Positions 1 through 9,905 of a stretch of 64,000 nt of DNA are shown in pieces; the first letter of the stretch is position 1; the number at the start of each line of letters is the position of its first letter. This DNA is from Candidatus Latescibacterota bacterium (lineage in GTDB: Bacteria > Latescibacterota > UBA2968 > UBA8231): positions 2,432,001-2,496,000 of the forward strand of contig OZ242318.1 in the NCBI GenBank assembly GCA_965208105.1, written 5' to 3'. Made by a program: the position numbers and the translations under genes. The notes beneath the pieces are model-generated. The model worked only from the letters and a program-made list of their open reading frames with translations, was not told where the DNA came from and did not search any database.

Positions 1-2
1 AG

Positions 3-692
3 CTGGACAATGCCATCCCCTGTCTCGACGACGCCGGCCTGCGCGGCACCTTCTACGTAAATCCCGGCCGCTCTCCGGGGTGGGAGCGGAACCTCGAAGG
101 CTGGAGGCTGGCCTGCATCAAGGGCCACGAGATCGGCAACCATACCACCGAACATCCCTGCTCCTGCAACTACGGCTTCCGTCCGGATGGCTATTGCCTG
201 GAAAATCTGACCTTCGCCGACATGGAAGAAACCATCGACGCGGCGACAGCGGAGCTCGACCGCCTCTTTCCGGAACAGCGGGGCAGGAGGACCTTCAGCT
301 ACCCCTGCTACCAGACCTACGTGGGCGCCGGGGAAAACCGCCGGTCCTATGTCCCTCTGGTTGCACGGCGCTTCAAAGCCGCCCGCGGGCGCGGAGAACG
401 TCCCAACGATCCAGCGGTCATCGATCTTTCATATACCTGGTCCTACGTGATGGAAGGAAGCATGTGCGAGGAGGTGATCGACTATATCGAGGGAGCGATG
501 GAGCGGGGGCAATGGGCCATAGTCTGCATGCACGGCGTGGGCGCAGATCACATCTCCACCGAGATGGAGGCGTTCCGCCGAATGGTCCTCCACTTGGACC
601 GAAACAGGGATCGCATCTGGACCGGCACCATGCTCAGTGTGGCAGAATACGTCCTCGCGCGGAGGTCGGGGTTGGCGGCCGGGAATCATTGA
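3..692 (+). CDS. Polysaccharide deacetylase (NodB-like) family protein, 5'-partial
   Basis: Frame is open from base 3 (LDNAIPCLDDAGLRGTFYVNPG...GHEIGNHTTEHPC...RTFSYPC...HGV) and continues into ORF 222-692; typical CE4 motifs. Confidence 0.8.
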   Translation: MDNAIPCLDDAGLRGTFYVNPGRSPGWERNLEGWRLACIKGHEIGNHTTEHPCSCNYGFRPDGYCLENLTFADMEETIDAATAELDRLFPEQRGRRTFSYPCYQTYVGAGENRRSYVPLVARRFKAARGRGERPNDPAVIDLSYTWSYVMEGSMCEEVIDYIEGAMERGQWAIVCMHGVGADHISTEMEAFRRMVLHLDRNRDRIWTGTMLSVAEYVLARRSGLAAGNH

Positions 693-1050
693 CCGCGGCC
701 AACGGGCACCCAACCTGTGGCACCCTCGCCTTCCCCTTCCAGACCGGTCAGCCCTTGAGCGGAGGACATGACCGGATCATTTCTGCCCGGTCTGTATTGG
801 CCACTACACGAAGAATGTGAATGGTACGGCACACCGGCCGTCTCGCCCACCCTTCCGGCCATCCCCTCCAAAAATTCGCGTCCCCTCCTGAACCGCGGGA
901 TTTTGTCTCCTGAACCTCTGCCTGGTCTCTGCACCCGGAGATTGGTACGGAGGTTGCTGCTGACACCCCTCAGGGGCAGGCGATGCAACAGTTCCGCCAG
1001 GGGAAACGAGAGGCGGAGGGCAGGCCGGCTACGGGAGGAGGATCGTCATC

Positions 1051-2232
1051 GTGAAAATTGATCGCGGCGGAATGGATGGGCCGGCAGACCTGGCCGGCGG
1101 CATGGGATTCGGGTTTGTACGCCGGTTTTTGCAATCGATCCTCCTGGGGGTACTGGCATTGGGGACAGCGGGCGGGCTGTTGAGCTGGTACTTCGGAATG
1201 GATGTGTGCGTGGAGGGCGAAGGCGTGGTCGAGCCCCGGAGCCGGCGACTGGTAAAGACCGAGATCAGTGGAATCGTTCGCGAGATCATCGCAGGACAGG
1301 GACAGCAGGTCGGCGCGGGCCAGCGGCTGGTGGTGCTGGACGGCGAGGAGTGGCAAACCGAACTGCGGAAGGTGGAGAAGGACCTCGAGGTCAACGACAG
1401 CCGCAGAGCGGAAATCGAGATTGGAATCCAGCGCGAGAAGGCCATTCGCCGCGCCGAGGTCGCAATGGTTCGCCTGGAAAGGGAGTTGGTGGCCCTGCAA
1501 TTGGAGCAGGTCCGAGCCGAGCAGAATCTATATGCCGGTGCGAGTTCCCTCATTGCCCGGCTGACCAGGAAACCCCTGGAAGAACTGCTGCCCGTACGCC
1601 GGAGCAAGGCCGTCCTGGATCAGAAGGAGGCTGAGTTGCGCCTCAGCGCCCAACGGCTGCTGGCCGTGGAAGGCCGCCGCCAGGAGATCCGCACGCTGGA
1701 GCGATTGCACGAGAAGTTGCTTCAGGACAGGTCGCTGCTGCAGTACAGACTGGCTCGCACAGTCATCCGCGCGCCGGTGGCCGGCACCGTGCTCACCGGA
1801 GATCTGCAAAAGCGGCGCGGAGACCGGGTGCAGGCGGGAGAGGCCTTGCTCGAATTGGCCGAGTTGAACGGATGGCAGGCAGAAATCGTGGTCCAGGAAG
1901 CAGACCTGCCCAAGGTGCGGGTCGGCCAGAAGGTGAAACTGTACATCGATGCCTTTCCACACATGGAATACAAGGTATTTTCCGGCGGAGTGAATGGAGT
2001 CTCGATCGAGCCGATGGCGGGCGGAAGAGGTTATCCGGTAGTTGTCTCAATTGCCGACCCCGAAGTCGGGAACGCAGGGAAGATTTACTCGCTGGCTTAT
2101 GGCATGAGCGTGAATGCCCGCATTATCGTTGATCGGGGGCGGATCGCGGCGCTTCTGTGGAGCAGGATCATGCGCAGCCTGGGACATATCGCACAGCACG
2201 ATTTCCACACCAACGAAGCAGATGGATATTGA
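1051..2232 (+). CDS. HlyD-family membrane fusion / periplasmic adaptor protein
   Basis: N-terminal TM helix, lipoyl half-motifs (SGIVREI..GQQVGAGQRL; IRAPVAGTV), long coiled coil, C-terminal beta-barrel (V.EADLPKVRVGQKV); GGAGGA RBS. Confidence 0.85.
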   Translation: MKIDRGGMDGPADLAGGMGFGFVRRFLQSILLGVLALGTAGGLLSWYFGMDVCVEGEGVVEPRSRRLVKTEISGIVREIIAGQGQQVGAGQRLVVLDGEEWQTELRKVEKDLEVNDSRRAEIEIGIQREKAIRRAEVAMVRLERELVALQLEQVRAEQNLYAGASSLIARLTRKPLEELLPVRRSKAVLDQKEAELRLSAQRLLAVEGRRQEIRTLERLHEKLLQDRSLLQYRLARTVIRAPVAGTVLTGDLQKRRGDRVQAGEALLELAELNGWQAEIVVQEADLPKVRVGQKVKLYIDAFPHMEYKVFSGGVNGVSIEPMAGGRGYPVVVSIADPEVGNAGKIYSLAYGMSVNARIIVDRGRIAALLWSRIMRSLGHIAQHDFHTNEADGY

Positions 2233-2336
2233 GGGGGGTTCTTGACTGCGGTTGTCCGCTTGATTATTAAATGGGTTGCCGCGGACAACTGCGCGATCCG
2301 CAAACGCAACAATCCGAAGTCCCAAGGAGACCTCAC

Positions 2337-3284
2337 ATGGAGAATTTGCGGGTGTCTATCCCAATAGCGGCACTGCCGCTGCTTTACTTGCTGGTTTTCG
2401 TGGCTCCTGCACACCCGGCCGAAACCCCCGAGACCATACTGATACGCAAAGTCATCAACACGGAAAAGTTCGGCAAGCGCACCGGTGATGCGGAAGTCAT
2501 CCTTCCCCATTACGCCAGGGACATGGCGGTCTACGAAGGCCACAACACCATCGATCCGCGCGGCTGGTCCGTCCTCCACGAAGACTATCCTTCTTTCGAG
2601 CGGAATCTCCAGGAGGATCTGCTTATCCATCGCTACGACACCGAGCGCACCGTACCCTTCATTCTCGCCCGCGAGGAGGGCACCGAGAAGAAGGCCATCG
2701 TGACCACCATCGACTCGGGCGTGGTGATCAATCGCCAGACGGGCGAAACCCGGCCCCTGAGATCGGAGCGCCTCTGGTTCTTCACCAAACTCGATGACGA
2801 ATGGAAGGTATCCGGCTATGTTCAGAACCTTGGAGATTCTACCTCCATAGGCGTGACGCGCCCCTCCGATTCAGATGACGAAATCGCCGACCTGCTCGAT
2901 CGCGAAAGGGAAGGCTGGGAAAACGGCGACAGCGGCAGCATCGTCGGTTTCTGCGATAATACCTTCACCGCCTACAACGGAAACGATAAAATCCTGCCGG
3001 CCTCCTGGAAGATTCTGTTCAACGATCCGGAAGAGTTGAAGGAATGGCTGGACAAACGCCTGCGCAACGCGGAATACAAGATCGACCGGCAGGTCGTCCA
3101 TACCAGCCTGAGCGAGGGAGGCAGGGAGGCCCTGGCCCTGACCAGGGAGTCCATCTCCGCCACCTACGAAGTCGGCCCTGCCGCCCACGAGCTGGAGCGC
3201 TACGTGCTGTGGATTTTGACCCGCCGCAGCGGCGATTGGCGCATAACCCACCTGGTCTACAACATCGGGCTGCCCCTGGAATAA
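2337..3284 (+). CDS. Secreted tandem NTF2/SnoaL-like (DUF4440-like) domain protein
   Basis: AGGAGA RBS before ATG 2337; signal peptide (..APAHPA); two similar halves ending FTKLDDEWKV and LTRRSGDWRI. Confidence 0.6.
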   Translation: MENLRVSIPIAALPLLYLLVFVAPAHPAETPETILIRKVINTEKFGKRTGDAEVILPHYARDMAVYEGHNTIDPRGWSVLHEDYPSFERNLQEDLLIHRYDTERTVPFILAREEGTEKKAIVTTIDSGVVINRQTGETRPLRSERLWFFTKLDDEWKVSGYVQNLGDSTSIGVTRPSDSDDEIADLLDREREGWENGDSGSIVGFCDNTFTAYNGNDKILPASWKILFNDPEELKEWLDKRLRNAEYKIDRQVVHTSLSEGGREALALTRESISATYEVGPAAHELERYVLWILTRRSGDWRITHLVYNIGLPLE

Positions 3285-3315
3285 TCGCAGGGAATTTCTC
3301 CCGGCATACAGAAAT

Positions 3316-6300
3316 TCACCTGTAAGATTGCCCCAGGGCGTCGCGAAAAATGGCGGCGGCATCCCCGGGGAGTGAGCGCTGTGTGGCCAGGCGCGGGTCG
3401 GAGAGATTGAGCGCGGCCCGGGGACCGTACTGGAGAATGAGCTGGGCCGTGGCGCAAATTGCCTTATTTCCCGGGTCCGTTGCCGCCGCCTTGCGGCCGG
3501 CACCGGTCCGGGCGGCGGCGACCATCGCACTGGCCAGAGCCGGCAGGGACAGGAGGTCCGGTTCAATGCCGAAAGCGCGAAGGACGTTCAGAATCTCCGC
3601 GGCGCCCAGGGTCTGCAGGGCAAGGTGGCGAACGGGGCGGGCCGGGTCCGCCTCCAAGCCCTGGACCAGCTCCCGGCACAGGACATCTACGGGAGCGAAT
3701 TGCCAGGCCCAGTCTCCCTCCGGGAACACCCCCGCTGCTGCAAAGGCCCGCGTGGCCGTCGTCAGGCGGTCCTGACCATCGGTGGCTCCCCCCACGGAGT
3801 GACCGAGAATGTGGGGGACGCGCACGACGGACACGGGCAGACCCCGTTCAAAGGCGCTCCAGACCAGGAGCTCGGCCCCGAACTTGGAAAGCGAGTAGCC
3901 GTCAGCTCCAGAAGTCTCCAGGTCGGCCGCCAGGGACTTCATGGCCTCCACCCCGAAAGTCTCTTGCGGCCACAGGGCCTGACTTCCCAGTGGGAAGACC
4001 GCGCTCGACGAAACGCAGTGCACCGGCGTGCCGCACTCAAGGGCGAGCCGCATGACCTCGCGGGTGCCTCCCACGTTGACGGGTTCGAGGTCTCCGTACG
4101 AGGCAAATACATCGAGATCGGCGGCGAGGTGAAAAATTGCGTCGACCTCCCTGCCCAGGGATGCAAAGGCCGCGGGGGTGAGGCCCATCAACTCCTTCGC
4201 CAGGTCGATGGGAATCGCCTCCACGCGTCGAAACAGGTCCCGCCCGGGAACATCGGGTCCCTCGCAGCGATCCAGGGCTTCTCGCAGGCGCCGGCGGGGG
4301 TTGCGGCCGCCTCCTGCCCGGACCGCAGCCACGACGTGCGCGGAGGTCTCCCGCAGAAGGGCATGCACCAGGGACCTCCCCAGAAGTCCCGTCGCGCCCG
4401 TCACCAGGATGTTGCCTGGAGGAGTTCGATGACCCCGAACAATGGCGGCAGCGGCTGGGGCGCCCAGCTCGGGCAGGCGCCAGTCCGGCCGCAAGCGCAG
4501 GGCTCGCCGTTTCTGCAGATGGCGCGCCAGGCTCGACGGCGTGGGATGGAGATAGATGTCGCGAACCGGTACGCAGCGTCCGGTCCTGTGATGCAAAATT
4601 CCGCAAAGCCTGATCGCTCTCAGCGAGTGACCGCCCCTTGCATGGAAGTCGTCCCCCATTCCCACCGTCGCATCGTCCAGGGCCTCCCTGAAGGAAGACA
4701 GAACCTGCCCCTGGAGATCGTCCGGCGGCGATCCTGCCTCCGCAGGCGCGGACGACCTCTGTCCGGATGCCCGCAACCTCCTGCGATCGATTTTTCCCGA
4801 GGGCAGGAGGGGAAATCGGGCGACGGAAATGAAACGGTCGGGCAGGCTCCGTGCGGGCAATCGAGACGCGGCGAATGAGCGCAAGTCCGAAGCCAGGTCC
4901 TCCCCTTCCAGGTCGCCTCGCGGGGTCGTGACGAAGGCCACCAACTCCGTCTGGCCGCGCTGTCCGGTCCCGGCCGTGACGCAGGCCTGCCGCACCTTCG
5001 GGTGCCGCGCCACCACTCCTTCCACCACCGCCGGCTCCACCCACGAACCGCGGATCTTGACACCGCTGTCGCAACGCCCCAGAATCTCCAGCTCCCCGCC
5101 GGGATGAAACCTGCCCAGGTCGCCGGTATCGAAGACGCGGGTGCGGCGGCGCCCCCCTGAGGCGGCCGGCAGCTCGACCTCCAGAAAGCCTTCCAAGCCG
5201 GCCCCGGAGGCGTGGCCAGGACCCCGCGCCAGGGCGCTTCCCCCCACCAGAACCCTGCCTTCACTTCCCACCTCCACCAAGCGGTGAGGACGGCCCGGGT
5301 CGCAGATATGCACTTCGGCGAAGTCGGCGACTATACCGCAGGTTACGGCCTGGCCAGGTCTGAGTTCCCCGGCGGCGATGTCGTGACATTCGGCGGTCGA
5401 GTAGAGATTGGCGATGCGGACCCGCGGCAACACTTCCCAGGCCCGGTCCATGAGGACCGGTGTTACGGCTTCGCCGCAGAGGCCGAGCAAACGCAGGCGC
5501 CGCAGGGCCTCGATGCCCTCGGCGCAGTCCAGGCAGGCGTCCAGCAACGTCGGGGTCATCATGATCCGGGTTATGCCGAAGCGGGTGATGGCGGACGCCA
5601 GTGCGAATGGATCGCGCATGGTCTCGTCGCCGATCAGGACCACCGGGGTATTGCGGCAAAGCGCCGGCACCGCGTCCCAGATGCCGAAGATATTGCAGCC
5701 CACCACGTCTTCCACGGGATCGTAGGGCCAGAGCCGGCTGCGCCAACCATGGGACAGCACCGACCCCGCGTGATCGGTCTCGACCATCCGCGGGATTCCC
5801 GCCCCGCTGCCCGAGGTTAATGCGAGGTGCGCCGCCCGCAGCGGATCGGGGGTGGGAAAGTTCGAATGGATTTCTTCCCGTGGGTCCTCTTCCCCGCACC
5901 ACAACGTTGCCGTTCCCTTCCTGTGAGAGACGGGCAAAGCCGGGGCGAACTTCCTGGAGACCGCAAGGACTCCGAAAGGGGCGCGGGCGAAAATCTGCTC
6001 CATGACCGGCGCCGGATATGGTTCCAGGGGAACGTAGGCCAGCCCCGCCTTCAGGCAGGCAAAGTAGCTGACGATTTTCTCGGTGTTGTTCTCGAGGAGG
6101 ACGCCGGCGGCATCCCCGCCCTGGCCGCCCTGACAGTGCTGCAGAAGGGCGGAGGCGCGGGACTCGATGGCGTTGCGCAGCGCGGCATAGGTCAGGTAGC
6201 CGTTCTCGTCGACGAGGATTGCCCTTTGGGGAGTGCGGTCAGCCTGTGACTCGAGTGTGAGGTGGATACATTCGAGGGAAGCGCTGTCCGCGGCCCGCGG

Positions 6301-6354
6301 TGGGCGGACGCGCTGATACCAGTCCAGGGCGGTGCTGGACAAAGTCGGGGACAT
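3316..6354 (-). CDS. NRPS-like adenylation-thiolation-reductase (A-T-R) enzyme, ATRR/CAR-like
   Basis: A motifs (TSGSG, NLYSTAE, FDTGDLG, GRCDSGVKIRG, PSGKIDR), T domain DFHARGGHSL, R domain ILVTGATGLLG and GYSLSK. Confidence 0.88.
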   Translation of the reverse strand: MSPTLSSTALDWYQRVRPPRAADSASLECIHLTLESQADRTPQRAILVDENGYLTYAALRNAIESRASALLQHCQGGQGGDAAGVLLENNTEKIVSYFACLKAGLAYVPLEPYPAPVMEQIFARAPFGVLAVSRKFAPALPVSHRKGTATLWCGEEDPREEIHSNFPTPDPLRAAHLALTSGSGAGIPRMVETDHAGSVLSHGWRSRLWPYDPVEDVVGCNIFGIWDAVPALCRNTPVVLIGDETMRDPFALASAITRFGITRIMMTPTLLDACLDCAEGIEALRRLRLLGLCGEAVTPVLMDRAWEVLPRVRIANLYSTAECHDIAAGELRPGQAVTCGIVADFAEVHICDPGRPHRLVEVGSEGRVLVGGSALARGPGHASGAGLEGFLEVELPAASGGRRRTRVFDTGDLGRFHPGGELEILGRCDSGVKIRGSWVEPAVVEGVVARHPKVRQACVTAGTGQRGQTELVAFVTTPRGDLEGEDLASDLRSFAASRLPARSLPDRFISVARFPLLPSGKIDRRRLRASGQRSSAPAEAGSPPDDLQGQVLSSFREALDDATVGMGDDFHARGGHSLRAIRLCGILHHRTGRCVPVRDIYLHPTPSSLARHLQKRRALRLRPDWRLPELGAPAAAAIVRGHRTPPGNILVTGATGLLGRSLVHALLRETSAHVVAAVRAGGGRNPRRRLREALDRCEGPDVPGRDLFRRVEAIPIDLAKELMGLTPAAFASLGREVDAIFHLAADLDVFASYGDLEPVNVGGTREVMRLALECGTPVHCVSSSAVFPLGSQALWPQETFGVEAMKSLAADLETSGADGYSLSKFGAELLVWSAFERGLPVSVVRVPHILGHSVGGATDGQDRLTTATRAFAAAGVFPEGDWAWQFAPVDVLCRELVQGLEADPARPVRHLALQTLGAAEILNVLRAFGIEPDLLSLPALASAMVAAARTGAGRKAAATDPGNKAICATAQLILQYGPRAALNLSDPRLATQRSLPGDAAAIFRDALGQSYR

Positions 6355-6510
6355 TGCGCACAGTCCGAAGGGGTTATAACCGGGTTATACCGGTCCGGGG
6401 TTGATACTGGTGGAAAATATTTAAGATAAGGCCCCACTCGGAGACTACCAAAAGGGCTTCTGTTGTGCTCAGGCCCTCCGTTTCCTATATTCGGGGAAAT
6501 TTGAATATCC

Positions 6511-6595
6511 GTCCGTTAGGGGTGCCTCCACGCGAGGCTGAGAGTTGATACCCTTCGAACCTGAACTGGATCGTACCAGCGTAGGGAAATGGGAC
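6511..6595 (+). ncRNA. TPP (THI-box) riboswitch
   Basis: GGGGTGC...GCTGAGA...ACCCTTCGAACCTGAACTGGATCGTACCAGCGTAGGGAA matches the TPP aptamer consensus; lies upstream of a TonB-dependent receptor. Confidence 0.92.
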
Positions 6596-6612
6596 ACCGT
6601 CCAATCGAACCG

Positions 6613-6655
6613 GGTCGTTTCCTCTGCGCAGGAGGAGACGGCCTTTTTCTTTTTT
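6613..6655 (+). terminator. Intrinsic terminator (riboswitch expression platform)
   Basis: GGTCGTTTCCTC-loop-GAGGAGACGGCC stem followed by TTTTTCTTTTTT, between the aptamer and the start codon. Confidence 0.75.
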
Positions 6656-6678
6656 CAGTTGGAAAGGGGACTTCGCCC

Positions 6679-9045
6679 ATGCTTTCATCCCATCTTCGCC
6701 GCATTTGGATTCTCCTGTTTTTCTGTGCCCTTCCAGCCCAACTCGAGGCGCAGAGCCTGCAGTTGCAGGGTAGGGTGCTCGACGCCGAATCCGGTGCGCC
6801 GCTCGAGGGCGCCAACGTGGCGAGCGCTTCGGCCGCCGCCGCGACCGACCACAAGGGCCACTTCACCTTGACCATGGCCGCCGGCGGCAGCATCACGGTC
6901 TCCTTCGTCGGCTACGAACCGGTCACACTGGAGCCGCAGCAACCCGTCATCACCGTGCTCCTTTCTCCCGCGGTGCTGCAGGCCCCTGGTATCATCGTCG
7001 AAGGAGGTCTGGTGGAGAAGAACCTGAGCGAATCGACGGCCAGCGTGACCGTGCTGGATCGCAACGGCCTGCGGGAGACCCCCGGTGCCGGGCATCTGCA
7101 GGACCTTACCCACGCCGTGCCCAATCTGAACTGGGCGGGCGGATCCTCCAGGCCGCGCTATTTCCAGATCCGCGGCATCGGCGAACGCAGCCACTACGCC
7201 GGGGAAGGGCCGCCCAGCTTCTCGGTTGGGTTCGTCATGGACGACGTCGACCTGAGCGGCATGGGCACCACCGGATTGCTCTTCGACCTGGACCAGGTCG
7301 AGGTCTTCAAGGGACCCCAGTCGACCATCTTCGGCCCCAACGCCCTGGCCGGCCTGATCAACCTGCGTTCGGCCGATCCCCACCAGCGCTTCGAATGGGT
7401 GGGCAGCGCCGGAGTGGGCAGCGATGGCCTGCAACGCTATTCGGGAGTAGTCAACCTGCCTGTTCCATCGTGGACCGGCCTGGCGCTCCGCCTGGGTTAC
7501 GAGAACGGCCGCGGCAACGGCTTTCGCAGCAACGCCTTCCTCGACGCCGACGATACCAACCACCGCCGCGAGCAGATGCTGCGCGCCAAGATGGGCTGGA
7601 CCCCCGCAAGTGGCCCCCGGTTGTCGGCCACCTTCTTCCGGGCCCATATGGACAACGGCTACGACGCCTGGGTGTCGGACAACAACGAGGACCTCACCAC
7701 CTACTCCGACAACCCGGGAAAGGACCGGCAGAAGACCACCGGAGCCTCCCTCAGAAGCACCTGGAAGCTGGGAGGTGGTGGGGCCGAACTGGTGACCATC
7801 ACCGGGTTTTCGCTCAGCGAGCTGGAACACAGCTACGACGGCGATTGGGGCAACGAAGACTTCTGGAAGCAGGAACCCTATAGTTTCGATCCTGAAGAAC
7901 AGGGATGGAGCTACGATTTCTTCGACCGCAATCTGCGCGACCGCAGGGTGCTGAGTCAGGAGTTCCGACTGGTGGCCGCTGAACTGGTGGCGGGAGCATT
8001 CTGGAAGAGCCTTGAAGAAGAGGATGATGCCGCGGGCTATTTGTTCGGAGGCGACGCCACCGATCTGAACGCACGCTACGAAATCGACAACCTCGCCTTT
8101 TACGGCCAGTACGGGCTGCATCTGGCCCCGAAGCTGCGGTTGGAAGTCAATACCAGGCTGGAGCGCAACGACACCGCCTACGAGGGATCGACGGAAAATT
8201 ACGGGGCCGACAGGACCAGCACCGTATTCGCCGTCGACCAATGGCTGGGCGGCGGCAAGGCGGCCCTGAGCTACGACTGGCGCCCCGGTCACTTGCTCTA
8301 CGCTTCGGCCTCGCGGGGCTACCGCTCCGGTGGAGTCAACCAGCACCCTTACCTGGCCGCCCGGAACCGCCCCTATGATCCCGAGTATATCGTCGATTTC
8401 GAACTGGGTTGGCGAGCCACCGGCCGGCGCTATTCATCCGGACTGAGCCTGTTCCACGCTCTGCGCTCGGACCAGCAGGTCGAGCTCTCGAGCCAGCAGG
8501 ACCCGGGGGACCCCAACAGCTTTTTCTACTTCACCGCCAACGCGGTCAAGGGCCGCAACAGCGGCCTGGAATGGGAGCAGACCTTCCTCCTCCTGCCCCA
8601 GGTCAAGCTCTCCGGCTCCCTTGGTCTTCTGACCACCCACGTCGATACCTACACCTTCCCGACGGAAGACGGGGACATGACCCTGGGCGACCGGGCAACC
8701 GCCCACGCTCCGCGCTACACCTTCAACATGGCGGCCGCATATCTCCACCGGAGCGGCCTGCGGGCACGGCTGGGAGTGGCAGGCAAGGATCGCTTTTTCT
8801 TCTCCGACAGCCACGACCAGGAATCGGACCCCTACCGGGTGGTCGACGGCCACATCGCCTACCACCGCGGGGGGTGGTCCGTGCAACTCTGGGGCCGCAA
8901 CCTTCTCGATCAACGCTATGAAGTGAGGGGGTTCTACTTTGGCCTGGAGCCTCCCGGGTACACCGACAAGCTGTACACAACCTACGGCGACCCGCGCCAG
9001 GTTGGACTGCGCCTGACACGGCGGTTCGTGGCCTCGGGAGACTGA
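6679..9045 (+). CDS. TonB-dependent receptor, probably for thiamine or a thiamine precursor
   Basis: Signal peptide, N-terminal carboxypeptidase-regulatory-like domain, plug motifs (FQIRGIG, VEVFKGPQSTIFGPNALAGLIN), C-terminal NLLDQRY..GDPRQVG; under a TPP riboswitch. Confidence 0.9.
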   Translation: MLSSHLRRIWILLFFCALPAQLEAQSLQLQGRVLDAESGAPLEGANVASASAAAATDHKGHFTLTMAAGGSITVSFVGYEPVTLEPQQPVITVLLSPAVLQAPGIIVEGGLVEKNLSESTASVTVLDRNGLRETPGAGHLQDLTHAVPNLNWAGGSSRPRYFQIRGIGERSHYAGEGPPSFSVGFVMDDVDLSGMGTTGLLFDLDQVEVFKGPQSTIFGPNALAGLINLRSADPHQRFEWVGSAGVGSDGLQRYSGVVNLPVPSWTGLALRLGYENGRGNGFRSNAFLDADDTNHRREQMLRAKMGWTPASGPRLSATFFRAHMDNGYDAWVSDNNEDLTTYSDNPGKDRQKTTGASLRSTWKLGGGGAELVTITGFSLSELEHSYDGDWGNEDFWKQEPYSFDPEEQGWSYDFFDRNLRDRRVLSQEFRLVAAELVAGAFWKSLEEEDDAAGYLFGGDATDLNARYEIDNLAFYGQYGLHLAPKLRLEVNTRLERNDTAYEGSTENYGADRTSTVFAVDQWLGGGKAALSYDWRPGHLLYASASRGYRSGGVNQHPYLAARNRPYDPEYIVDFELGWRATGRRYSSGLSLFHALRSDQQVELSSQQDPGDPNSFFYFTANAVKGRNSGLEWEQTFLLLPQVKLSGSLGLLTTHVDTYTFPTEDGDMTLGDRATAHAPRYTFNMAAAYLHRSGLRARLGVAGKDRFFFSDSHDQESDPYRVVDGHIAYHRGGWSVQLWGRNLLDQRYEVRGFYFGLEPPGYTDKLYTTYGDPRQVGLRLTRRFVASGD

Positions 9046-9205
9046 GGCCGGGGCCGGCGGTCCCCTGCAATCGCCCCCAGCGGCCAGCCAGAATTCACCA
9101 GCCTCCTGCGCCCGGGAAGCCGGGCGGATTCCCCGCGGCGTTGGCGGAGGCTGGGGCAGCCCGATCCGCTCATGGGCCTATGCGCTCACCTCCGAAGAGA
9201 GAGGA

Positions 9206-9904
9206 TCACCGGGCACCGGCGCTGCGCAGCAGGTCGACGATCTCGCCGTAGCCTCTGAAACCAGCAATTTCCAGCGCGGTCTCTCCGTTCCTGTACCTGG
9301 AGTTGGGGTCGGCCCCGGCCTCGATCAGAAGCCGGACTATGGCAAGATGGCCGCGGTCGGCCGCGCCCATCAGGGCGGTGGCGCCCTTGTCGTTTTTGGC
9401 GTTGACGTCGGCGCCTGCCTCGATCAAGGTTGCGACGATAGCAGAATAGCCGTCCAGGGAGGCCCACATCAAGGCGGTTATTCCGTCCTCGTCCTTGAGG
9501 TCGAGATCGGCCCCGGCTTCAACCAGAATCCTGGCGACGTGGGTGTGGCCGTTTTCGGCTGCAAGTATAAGGGCGGTGGCGTCATCTCTGTACCTGGAGT
9601 CGAGGTCGGCGCCCGAATCGGCAAGCACTTCGACGATTTCCACGTGACCCTGGAAGGCTGCGGCCATCAAGGCGGTTACACCCTCCCCATCCTTGGCGTC
9701 GAGGTTGGCGCTGGAGTCGAGGAGCGACTGAATCTCCTCCAACCTTCCTTCCTTGGCCGCCCTGAGCAACTCCTCGTCCCTCTGGTCCGCAAACCCTACC
9801 CTCTCCTCCTCGACACCATTGCCGCAACCCCCCAGAGCCGCCATGAACACCAGGGCTGGAATCAAGGAGGGGACCACCAGCCGTCCGCTGCATCGGAAAT
9901 CCAT
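9206..9904 (-). CDS. Ankyrin-repeat lipoprotein
   Basis: About 5 ankyrin repeats (G.TALM.AA..GH..IV..L...GAD.N); lipobox-like ALGGC; ATG 9904 directly after the stop of the upstream gene. Confidence 0.88.
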   Translation of the reverse strand: MDFRCSGRLVVPSLIPALVFMAALGGCGNGVEEERVGFADQRDEELLRAAKEGRLEEIQSLLDSSANLDAKDGEGVTALMAAAFQGHVEIVEVLADSGADLDSRYRDDATALILAAENGHTHVARILVEAGADLDLKDEDGITALMWASLDGYSAIVATLIEAGADVNAKNDKGATALMGAADRGHLAIVRLLIEAGADPNSRYRNGETALEIAGFRGYGEIVDLLRSAGAR

Positions 9905-9905
9905 C

